Assembly: GCA_051362555.1 (NCBI GenBank)
Contig: JBPQGU010000016.1
Coordinates: forward strand, 5,084,001-5,148,000
DNA from: Lingula anatina
Taxonomy: Eukaryota > Animalia > Brachiopoda
DNA: 64,000 bases
Direction of reading: 5' to 3'
Shown: piece by piece, positions 53,001 to 64,000 of the stretch
How the letters are laid out: each line of letters opens with the position of its first letter
Numbering within the stretch: position 1 is the stretch's first letter
Notes under the pieces: model-generated
The model's input: only the letters and a program-made list of their open reading frames with translations
Database searches by the model: none
Told to the model about the DNA's origin: nothing
Made by a program: the position numbers and the translations under genes

Positions 53001-56000
53001 TCTACCACACCTGTCATTCATAAAAAATGTGGAAACGCGCCCGGGTCACTTCATCAAGGACCCCAACTCTAGCTTTAAAGATGATCCAAAAATGAGCTCT
53101 GAGAACAGAATCTGAGAGGGGGGGGGGGGGGAAACACAGTTTTTGCTCTATTTCTTCCTTAATGATGACACCACCACTCTTCCAGCACTTTATTCTTACT
53201 ACAAATGACCGAACACACCTACCTGACACTATAACGAAGAAAAACATTTTTCATCCCTACCTGGCCAAAATTGAAGAAATCTCACAGTGCCGACACTGAT
53301 CAAAATCACTCAAAATCACCAAAAATCGACCCATCTTAGATTTTTCCAAAAAGTGACGAAAATCAATCTACCACACCTGTCATTCATAAAAAATGCGGAA
53401 ACGCGCCCGGGTCACTTCATCAAGGCCCCCAATTCTAGCTTTAAAGATGATCCAAAAATGAGCTTTGATAACAGAATCTGAGAGGGGGGGGGGAGACACA
53501 GTTTTTGCTCTATTTCTTCCTTAATGATGACACCACCACTCTTCCAGCACTTTATTTTTACTACAAATGACCGAACACACCTACCTGACACTATAACGAA
53601 GAAAAAAATTTTTCATCCCTACCTGGCCAAAATTGAAGAAATCTCACAGTGCTGGCACTGATCAAAATCACTCAAAATCACCAAAAATCGACCCGTCTCA
53701 GATTTTTCCAAAAAGTGATGAAAATCAATCTACCACACCTGTCATTCATAAAAAATGTGGAAACGCGCCCGGGTCACTTCATCAAGGCCCCCAATTCTAG
53801 CTTTAAAGATGATCCAAAAATGAGCTCTGAGAACAGAATCTGAGAGGGGGGGGGGGGAGACACAGTTTTTGCTCTATTTCTTCCTTAATGATGACACCAC
53901 CACTCTTCCAGCACTTTATTCTTACTACAAATGACTGAACACACCTACCTGACACTATAACGAAGAAAAAAATTTTTCATCCCTACCTGGCCAAAATTGA
54001 AGAAATCTCACAGTGCCGACACTGATCAAAATCACTCAAAATCACCAAAAATCGACCCGTCTCAGATTTTTCCAAAAAGTGACGAAAATCAATCTACCAC
54101 ACCTGTCATTCATAAAAAATGTGGAAACGCGCCCGGGTCACTTCATCAAGGCCCCCAATTCTAGCTTTAAAGATGATCCAAAAATGAGCTCTGAGAACAG
54201 AATCTGAGAGGGGGGGGGAGACACAGTTTTTGCTCTATTTCTTCCTTAATGATGACACCACCACTCTTCCAGCACTTTATTCTTACTACAAATGACCGAA
54301 CACACCTACCTGACACTATAACGAAGAAAAAAATTTTTCATCCCTACCTGGCCAAAATTGAAGAAATCTCACAGTGCCGGCACTGATCAAAATCACTCAA
54401 AATCACCAAAAATCGACCCGTCTCAGATTTTTCCAAAAAGTGACGAAAATCAATCTACCACACCTGTCATTCATAAAAAATGTGGAAACGCGCCCGGGTC
54501 ACTTCATCAAGGCCCCCAATTCTAGCTTTAAAGATGATCCAAAAATGAGCTCTGAGAACAGAATCTGAGAGGGGGGGGGGGAGACACAGTTTTTGCTCTA
54601 TTTCTTCCTTAATGATGACACCACCACTCTTCCAGCACTTTATTCTTACTACAAATGACTGAACACACCTACCTGACACTATAACGAAGAAAAAAATTTT
54701 TCATCCCTACCTGGCCAAAATTGAAGAAATCTCACAGTGCCGACACTGATCAAAATCACTCAAAATCACCAAAAATCGACCCGTCTCAGATTTTTCCAAA
54801 AAGTGACGAAAATCAATCTACCACACCTGTCATTCATAAAAAATGTGGAAACGCGCCCGGGTCACTTCATCAAGGCCCCCAATTCTAGCTTTAAAGATGA
54901 TCCAAAAATGAGCTCTGAGAACAGAATCTGAGAGGGGGGGGGGAGACACAGTTTTTGCTCTATTTCTTCCTTAATGATGACACCACCACTCTTCCAGCAC
55001 TTTATTCTTACTACAAATGACCGAACACACCTACCTGACACTATAACGAAGAAAAAAATTTTTCATCCCTACCTGGCCAAAATTGAAGAAATCTCACAGT
55101 GCCGGCACTGATCAAAATCACTCAAAATCACCAAAAATCGACCCGTCTCAGATTTTTCCAAAAAGTGACGAAAATCAATCTACCACACCTGTCATTCATA
55201 AAAAATGTGGAAACGCGCCCGGGTCACTTCATCAAGGACCCCAATTCTAGCTTTAAAGATGATCCAAAAATGAGCTCTGAGAACAGAATCTGAGAGGGGG
55301 GGGGGGGGAGACACAGTTTTTGCTCTATTTCTTCCTTAATGATGACACCACCACTCTTCCAGCACTTTATTCTTACTACAAATGACCGAACACACCTACC
55401 TGACACTATAACGAAGAAAAAAATTTTTCATCCCTACCTGGCCAAAATTGAAGAAATCTCACAGTGCCGGCACTGATCAAAATCACTCAAAATCACCAAA
55501 AATCGACCCGTCTCAGATTTTTCCAAAAAGTGATGAAAATCAATTTACCACACCTGTCATTCATAAAAAATGTGGAAACGCGCCCGGGTCACTTCATCAA
55601 GGCCCCCAATTCTAGCTTTAAAGATGATCCAAAAATGAGCTCTGAGAACAGAATCTGAGAGGGGGGGAGAGACAGTTTTTGCTCTATTTCTTCCTTAATG
55701 ATGACACCACCACTCTTCCAGCACTTTATTCTTACTACAAATGAACGAACACACCTACCTGACACTATAACGAAGAAAAAATTTTTCATCCCTACCTGGC
55801 CAAAATTGAAGAAATCTCACAGTGCCGACACTGATCAAAATCACTCAAAATCACCAAAAATCGACCCGTCTCAGATTTTTCCAAAAAGTGACGAAAATCA
55901 ATCTACCACACCTGTCATTCATAAAAAATGTGGAAACGCGCCCGGGTCACTTCATCAAGGCCAACAATTCTAGCTTTAAAGATGATCCAAAAATGAGCTC

Positions 56001-58700
56001 TGAGAACAGAATCTGAGAGGGGGGGGGGGGGAGACACAGTTTTTGCTCTATTTCTTCCTTAATGATGACACCACCACTCTTTCAGCACTTTATTCTTACT
56101 ACAAATGACCGAACACACCTACCTGACACTATAACAAAGAAAAAAATTTTTCATCCCTACCTGGCCAAAATTGAAGAAATCTCACAGTGCCGGCACTGAT
56201 CAAAATCACTCAAAATCACCAAAAATCGACCCATCTTAGATTTTTCCAAAAAGTGACGAAAATCAATCTACCACACCTGTCATTCATAAAAAATGCGGAA
56301 ACGCGCCCGGGTCACTTCATCAAGGCCCCCAATTCTAGCTTTAAAGATGATCCAAAAATGAGCTTTGATAACAGAATCTGAGAGGGGGGGGGAGACACAG
56401 TTTTTGCTCTATTTCTTCCTTAATGATGACACCACCACTCTTCCAGCACTTTATTCTTACTACAAATGACCGAACACACCTACCTGACACTATAACGAAG
56501 AAAAAAATTTTTCATCCCTACCTGGCCAAAATTGAAGAAATCTCACAGTGCCGGCACTGATCAAAATCACTCAAAATCACCAAAAATCGACCCGTCTCAG
56601 ATTTTTCCAAAAAGTGACGAAAATCAATCTACCACACCTGTCATTCATAAAAAATGTGGAAACGCGCCCGGGTCACTTCATCAAGGCCCCCAATTCTAGC
56701 TTTAAAGATGATCCAAAAATGAGCTCTGAGAACAGAATCTGAGAGGGGGGGTGGAGACACAGTTTTTGCTCTATTTCTTCATTAATGATGACACCACCAC
56801 TCTTCCAGCACTTTATTCTTACTACAAATGACCGAACACACCTACCTGACACTATAACGAAGAAAAAAATTTTTCATCCCTACCTGGCCAAAATTGAAGA
56901 AATCTCACAGTGCCGGCACTGATCAAAATCACTCAAAATCACCAAAAATCGACCCGTCTCAGATTTTTCCAAAAAGTGACGAAAATCAATCTACCACACC
57001 TGTCATTCATAAAAAATGTGGAAACGCGCCCGGGTCACTTCATCAAGGCCCCCAATTCTAGCTTTAAAGATGATCCAAAAATGAGCTCTGAGAACAGAAT
57101 CTGAGAGGGGGGGGGGGGGAGACACAGTTTTTGCTCTATTTCTTCCTTAATGATGACACCACCACTCTTCCAGCACTTTATTCTTACTACAAATGACCGA
57201 ACACACCTACCTGACACTATAACGAAGAAAAAAATTTTTCATCCCTACCTGGCCAAAATTGAAGAAATCTCACAGTGCCGGCACTGATCAAAATCACTCA
57301 AAATCACCAAAAATCGACCCGTCTCAGATTTTTCCAAAAAGTGACGAAAATCAATCTACCACACCTGTCATTCATAAAAAATGTGGAAACGCGCCCGGGT
57401 CACTTCATCAAGGCCCCCAATTCTAGCTTTAAAGATGATCCAAAAATGAGCTCTGAGAACAGAATCTGAGAGGGGGGGGGGGAGACACAGTTTTTGCTCT
57501 ATTTCTTCCTTAATGATGACACCACCACTCTTCCAGCACTTTATTCTTACTACAAATGACCGAACACACCTACCTGACACTATAACGAAGAAAAAAATTT
57601 TTCATCCCTACCTGGCCAAAATTGAAGAAATCTCACAGTGCCGGCACTGATCAAAATCACTCAAAATCACCAAAAATCGACCCGTCTCAGATTTTTCCAA
57701 AAAGTGACGAAAATCAATCTACCACACCTGTCATTCATAAAAAATGTGGAAACGCGCCCGGGTCACTTCATCAAGGCCCCCAATTCTAGCTTTAAAGATG
57801 ATCCAAAAATGAGCTCTGAGAACAGAATCTGAGAGGGGGGGGGGAGACACAGTTTTTGCTCTATTTCTTCCTTAATGATGACACCACCACTCTTCCAGCA
57901 CTTTATTCTTACTACAAATGACCGAACACACCTACCTGACACTATAACGAAGAAAAAAATTTTTCATCCCTACCTGGCCAAAATTGAAGAAATCTCACAG
58001 TGCCGGCACTGATCAAAATCACTCAAAATCACCAAAAATCGACCCGTCTCAGATTTTTCCAAAAAGTCACGAAAATCAATCTACCACACCTGTCATTCAT
58101 AAAAAATGTGGAAACGCGCCCGGGTCACTTCATCAAGGCCCCCAATTCTAGCTTTAAAGATGATCCAAAAATGAGCTCTGAGAACAGAATCTGAGAGGGG
58201 GGGGGGGAGACACAGTTTTTGCTCTATTTCTTCCTTAATGATGACACCACCACTCTTCCAGCACTTTATTCTTACTACAAATGACCGAACACACCTACCT
58301 GACACTATAACGAAGAAAAAAATTTTTCATCCCTACCTGGCCAAAATTGAAGAAATCTCACAGTGCCGGCACTGATCAAAATCACTCAAAATCACCAAAA
58401 ATCGACCCGTCTCAGATTTTTCCAAAAAGTGACGAAAATCAATCTACCACACCTGTCATTCATAAAAAATGTGGAAACGCGCCCGGGTCACTTCATCAAG
58501 GCCCCCAATTCTAGCTTTAAAGATGATCCAAAAATGAGCTCTGAGAACAGAATCTGAGAGGGGGGGGGGGAGACACAGTTTTTGCTCTATTTCTTCCTTA
58601 ATGATGACACCACCACTCTTCCAGCATTTTATTCTTACTACAAATGACCGAACACACCTACCTGACACTATAACTAAGAAAAAAATTTTTCATCCCTACC
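47090..58700 (-). repeat. Large tandem duplication of a 16-18-monomer block (~5.8-6.5 kb)
   Basis: ggaccccaact at ~47245/53059, ggaaacacag at ~47319/53131, aaaacatttt at ~47430/53241 (offset ~5.81 kb). ggccaacaatt at ~49425/55959 and ggggtggaga at ~50216/56748 (offset ~6.53 kb). Boundaries are approximate. Confidence 0.75.
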
Positions 58701-61700
58701 TGGCCAAAATTGAAGAAATCTCACAGTGCCGGCACTGATCAAAATCACTCAAAATCACCAAAAATCGACCCGTCTCAGATTTTTCCAAAAAGTGACGAAA
58801 ATCAATCTACCACACCTTTCATTCATAAAAAATGTGGAAACGCGCCCGGGTCACTTCATCTAGGCCCCCAATTCTAGCTTTAAAGATGATCCAAAAATGA
58901 GCTCTGAGAACAGAATCTGAGAGGGGGGGGGGAGACACAGTTTTTGCTCTATTTCTTCCTTAATGATGACACCACCACTCTTCCAGCACTTTATTCTTAC
59001 TACAAATGACCGAACACACCTACCTGACACTATAACGAAGAAAAAAATTTTTCATCCCTACCTGGCCAAAATTGAAGAAATCTTACAGTGCCGGCACTGA
59101 TCAAAATCACTCAAAATCACCAAAAATCGACCCGTCTCAGATTTTTCCAAAAAGTGACGAAAATCAATCTACCATACCTGTCATTCATAAAAAATGTGGA
59201 AACGCGCCCGGGTCACTTCATCAAGGCCCCCAATTCTAGCTTTAAAGATGATCCAAAAATGAGCTCTGAGAACAGAATCTGAGAGGGGGGGGGGAGACAC
59301 AGTTTTTGCTCTATTTCTTCCTTAATGATGACACCACCACTCTTCCAGCACTTTATTCTTACTACAAATGACCGAACACACCTACCTGACACTATAACGA
59401 AGAAAAAAATTTTTCATCCCTACCTGGCCAAAATTGAAGAAATCTCACAGTGCCGGCACTGATCAAAATCACTCAAAATCACCAAAAATCGACCCGTCTC
59501 AGATTTTTCCAAAAAGTGACGAAAATTAATGTACCACACCTGTCATTCATAAAAAATGTGGAAACGCGCCCGGGTCACTTCATCAAGGCCCCCAATTCTA
59601 GCTTTAAAGATGATCCAAAAATGAGCTCTGAGAACAGAATCTGAGAGGGGGGGGGGGAGACACAGTTTTTGCCCTATTTCTTCCTTAATGATGACACCAC
59701 CACTCTTCCAGCACTTTATTCTTACTACAAATGACCGAACACACCTACCTGACACTATAACGAAGAAAAAAATTTTTCATCCCTACCTGGCCAAAATTGA
59801 AGAAATCTCACAGTGCCGGCACTGATCAAAATCACTCAAAATCACCAAAAATCGACCCGTCTCAGATTTTTTCAAAAAGTGACGAAAATCAATCTACCAC
59901 ACCTGTCATTCATAAAAAATGTGGAAACGCGCCCGGGTCACTTCATCAAGGCCCCCAATTCTAGCTTTAAAGATGATCCAAAAATGAGCTCTGAGAACAG
60001 AATCTGAGAGGGGGGGGGGGGGGGAGACACAGTTTTTGCTCTATTTCTTCCTTAATGATGACACCACCACTCTTCCAGCACTTTATTCTTACTACAAATG
60101 ACCGAACACACCTACCTGACACTATAACGAAGAAAAAAATTTTTCATCCCTACCTGGCCAAAATTGAAGAAATCTCACAGTGCCGACACTGATCAAAATC
60201 ACTCAAAATCACCAAAAATCGACCCGTCTCAGATTTTTCCAAAAAGTGACGAAAATCAATCTACCACACCTGTCATTCATAAAAAATGTGGAAACGCGCC
60301 CGGGTCACTTCATCAAGGCCCCCAATTCTAGCTTTAAAGATGATCCAAAAATGAGCTCTGAGAACAGAATCTGAGAGGGGGGGGGGAGACACAGTTTTTG
60401 CTCTATTTCTTCCTTAATGATGACACCACCACTCTTCCAGCACTTTATTCTTACTACAAATGACCGAACACACCTACCTGACACTATAACGAAGAAAAAA
60501 ATTTTTCATCCCTACCTGGCCAAAATTGAAGAAATATCACAGTGCCGGCACTGATCAAAATCACTCAAAATCACCAAAAATCGACCCGTCTCAGATTTTT
60601 CCAAAAAGTGACGAAAATCAATCTACCACACCTGTCATTCATAAAAAATGTGGAAACGCGCCCGGGTCACTTCATCAAGGTCCCCAATTCTAGCTTTAAA
60701 GATGATCCAAAAATGAGCTCTGAGAACAGAATCTGAGAGGGGGGGGGGGAGACACAGTTTTTGCTCTATTTCTTCCTTAATGATAGCACCACCACTCTTC
60801 CAGCACTTTATTCTTACTACAAATGACCGAACACACCTACCTGACACTATAACGAAGAAAAAAATTTTTCATCCCTACCTGGCCAAAATTGAAGAAATCT
60901 CACAGTGCCGGCACTGATCAAAATCACTCAAAATCACCAAAAATCGACCCGTCTCAGATTTTTCCAAAAAGTGACGAAAATCAATCTACCACACCTGTCA
61001 TTCATAAAAAATGTGGAAACGCGCCCGGGTCACTTCATCAAGGCCCCCAATTCTAGCTTTAAAGATGATCCAAAAATGAGCTCTGAGAACAGAATCTGAG
61101 AGGGGGGGGGGGGGAGACACAGTTTTTGCTCTATTTCTTCCTTAATGATGACACCACCACTCTTCCAGCACTTTATTCTTACTACAAATGACCGAACACA
61201 CCTACCTGACACTATAACGAAGAAAAAAATTTTTCATCCCTACCTGGCCAAAATTGAAGAAATCTCACAGTGCCGGCACTGATCAAAATCACTCAAAATC
61301 ACCAAAAATCGACCCGTCTCAGATTTTTCCAAAAAGTGACGAAAATCAATCTACCACACCTGTCATTCATAAAAAATGTGGAAACGCGCCCGGGTCACTT
61401 CATCAAGGCCCCCAATTCTAGCTTTAAAGATGATCCAAAAATGAGCTCTGAGAACAGAATCTGAGAGGGGGGGGGGGGGAGACACAGTTTTTGCTCTATT
61501 TCTTCCTTAATGATAACACCACCACTCTTCCAGCACTTTATTCTTACTACAAATGACCGAACACACCTACCTGACACTATAACGAAGAAAAAAATTTTTC
61601 ATCCCTACCTGGCCAAAATTGAAGAAATCTCACAGTGCCGGCACTGATCAAAATCACTCAAAATCACCAAAAATCGACCCGTCTCAGATTTTTCCAAAAA

Positions 61701-64000
61701 GTGACGAAAATCAATCTACCACACCTGTCATTCATAAAAAATGTGGAAACGCGCCCGGGTCACTTCATCAAGGCCCAATTCTAGCTTTAAAGATGATCCA
61801 AAAATGAGCTCTGAGAACAGAATCTGAGAGGGGGGGGGGAGACACAGTTTTTGCTCTATTTCTTCCTTAATGATGACACCACCACTCTTCCAGCACTTTA
61901 TTCTTACTACAAATGACCGAACACACCTACCTGACACTATAACGAAGAAAAAAATTTTTCATCTCTACCTGGCCAAAATTGAAGAAATCTCACAGTGCCG
62001 GCAATGATCAAAATCACTCAAAATCACCAAAAATCAACCCGTCTCAGATTTTTCCAAAAAGTGACGAAAATCAATCTACCACACCTGTCATTCATAAAAA
62101 ATGTGGAAACGCGCCCGGGTCACTTCATCAAGGCCCCCAATTCTAGCTTTAAAGATGATCCAAAAATGAGCTCTGAGAACAGAATCTGAGAGGGGGGGGG
62201 GGAGACACAGTTTTTGCTCTATTTCTTCCTTAATGATGACACCACCACTCTTCCAGCACTTTATTCTTACTACAAATGACCGAACACACCTACCTGACAC
62301 TATAACTAAGAAAAAAATTTTTCATCCCTACCTGGCCAAAATTGAAGAAATCTCACAGTGCCGGCACTGATCAAAATCACTCAAAATCACCAAAAATCGA
62401 TCCGTCTCAGATTTTTCCAAAAAGTGACGAAAATCAATCTACCACACCTTTCATTCATAAAAAATGTGGAAACGCGCCCGGGTCACTTCATCTAGGCCCC
62501 CAATTCTAGCTTTAAAGATGATCCAAAAATGAGCTCTGAGAACAGAATCTGAGGGGGGGGGGGGGGGGGAGACACAGTTTTTGCTCTATTTCTTCCTTAA
62601 TGATGACACCACCACTCTTCCAGCACTTTATTCTTACTACAAATGACCGAACACACCTACCTGACACTATAACGAAGAAAAAAATTTTTCATCCCTACCT
62701 GGCCAAAATTGAAGAAATCTTACAGTGCCGGCACTGATCAAAATCACTCAAAATCACCAAAAATCGACCCGTCTCAGATTTTTCCAAAAAGTGACGAAAA
62801 TCAATCTACCACACCTTTCATTCATAAAAAATGTGGAAACGCGCCCGGGTCACTTCATCAAGGCCCCCAATTCTAGCTTTAAAGATGATCCAAAAATGAG
62901 CTCTGAGAACAGAATCTGAGAGGGGGGGGGGGGAGACACAGTTTTTGCTCTATTTCTTCCTTAATGATGACACCACCACTCTTCCAGCACTTTATTCTTA
63001 CTACAAATGACCGAACACACCTACCTGACACTATAACGAAGAAAAAAATTTTTCATCCCTACCTGGCCAAAATTGAAGAAATCTCACAGTGCCGGCACTG
63101 ATCAAAATCACTCAAAATCACCAAAAATCGACCCGTCTCAGATTTTTCCAAAAAGTCACGAAAATCAATCTACCACACCTGTCATTCATAAAAAATGTGG
63201 AAACGCGCCCGGGTCACTTCATCAAGGCCCCCAATTCTAGCTTTAAAGATGATCCAAAAATGAGCTCTGAGAACAGAATCTGAGAGGGGGGGGGGAGACA
63301 CAGTTTTTGCTCTATTTCTTCCTTAATGATGACACCACCACTCTTCCAGCACTTTATTCTTACTACAAATGACCGAACACACCTACCTGACACTATAACG
63401 AAGAAAAAAATTTTTCATCCCTACCTGGCCAAAATTGAAGAAATCTCACAGTGCCGGCACTGATCAAAATCACTCAAAATCACCAAAAATCGACCCGTCT
63501 CAGATTTTTCCAAAAAGTGACGAAAATCAATCTACCACACCTGTCATTCATAAAAAATGTGGAAACGCGCCCGGGTCACTTCATCAAGGCCCAATTCTAG
63601 CTTTAAAGATGATCCAAAAATGAGCTCTGAGAACAGAATCTGAGAGGGGGGGGGGAGACACAGTTTTTGCTCTATTTCTTCCTTAATGATGACACCACCA
63701 CTCTTCCAGCACTTTATTCTTACTACAAATGACCGAACACACCTACCTGACACTATAACGAAGAAAAAAATTTTTCATCCCTACCTGGCCAAAATTGAAG
63801 AAATCTCACAGTGCCGGCACTGATCAAAATCACTCAAAATCACCAAAAATCAACCCGTCTCAGATTTTTCCAAAAAGTGACGAAAATCAATCTACCACAC
63901 CTGTCATTCATAAAAAATGTGGAAACGCGCCCGGGTCACTTCATCAAGGCCCCCAATTCTAGCTTTAAAGATGATCCAAAAATGAGCTCTGAGAACAGAA

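Larger units (their letters stand above)
33314..64000 (-). repeat. Same satellite in reverse-complement orientation, right arm (~85 copies, runs off the window end)
   Basis: From 33314 the sequence reads tttcatccctacctggccaaaattg..., the reverse complement of the left-arm monomer. C-runs become G-runs, and the repeated 64-aa ORF flips from - to + strand. Confidence 0.99.

Noticed and set aside
262-63753. Repeated 60-119 aa ORFs (MPALIKITQNH..., MSGRCVRSF..., MKKSHSAG...)
   Set aside because: They start mostly at GTG/TTG rather than ATG, overlap on both strands, and have no recognisable domain. They are freely broken by C-run length changes, stops (ctagatg variant) and deletions, so they are by-products of the repeat.
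1-64000. CRISPR array (palindromic motif at regular spacing)
   Set aside because: No unique spacers (the entire unit is repeated), the period is far too long, and there are no cas genes.

Overview
The whole 64 kb window is one highly homogeneous, non-coding satellite DNA array, almost certainly eukaryotic heterochromatin. The monomer is 352 bp plus a variable C-run (mostly 8-18 C), so about 360-370 bp, with roughly 175-180 copies. It forms two opposed arms: about 92 monomers in one orientation (1-33313) and about 85 in the reverse-complement orientation (33314-64000). They join with no foreign DNA at ...ctagaattgg|tttcatccctac..., almost exactly half a monomer out of register (181/180 bp). 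Diagnostic variants show local higher-order repeats (2-, 3-, 4-, 6/7-, 7- and 16-18-mers) and three recurrent deletion monomers (about -96, -77 and -215 bp). The variants fall in a broadly mirrored but non-identical order on the two arms, suggesting a diverged inverted duplication. All 9 CpGs of the monomer show transition variants. Two indel-rich stretches look like lower-accuracy sequence, and one of them abuts the inversion, so the junction needs read-level validation. All listed ORFs are by-products of the repeat. I found no gene, RNA gene, CRISPR array or transposon, cannot name the satellite family or organism, and see no evidence of a new gene-based system.
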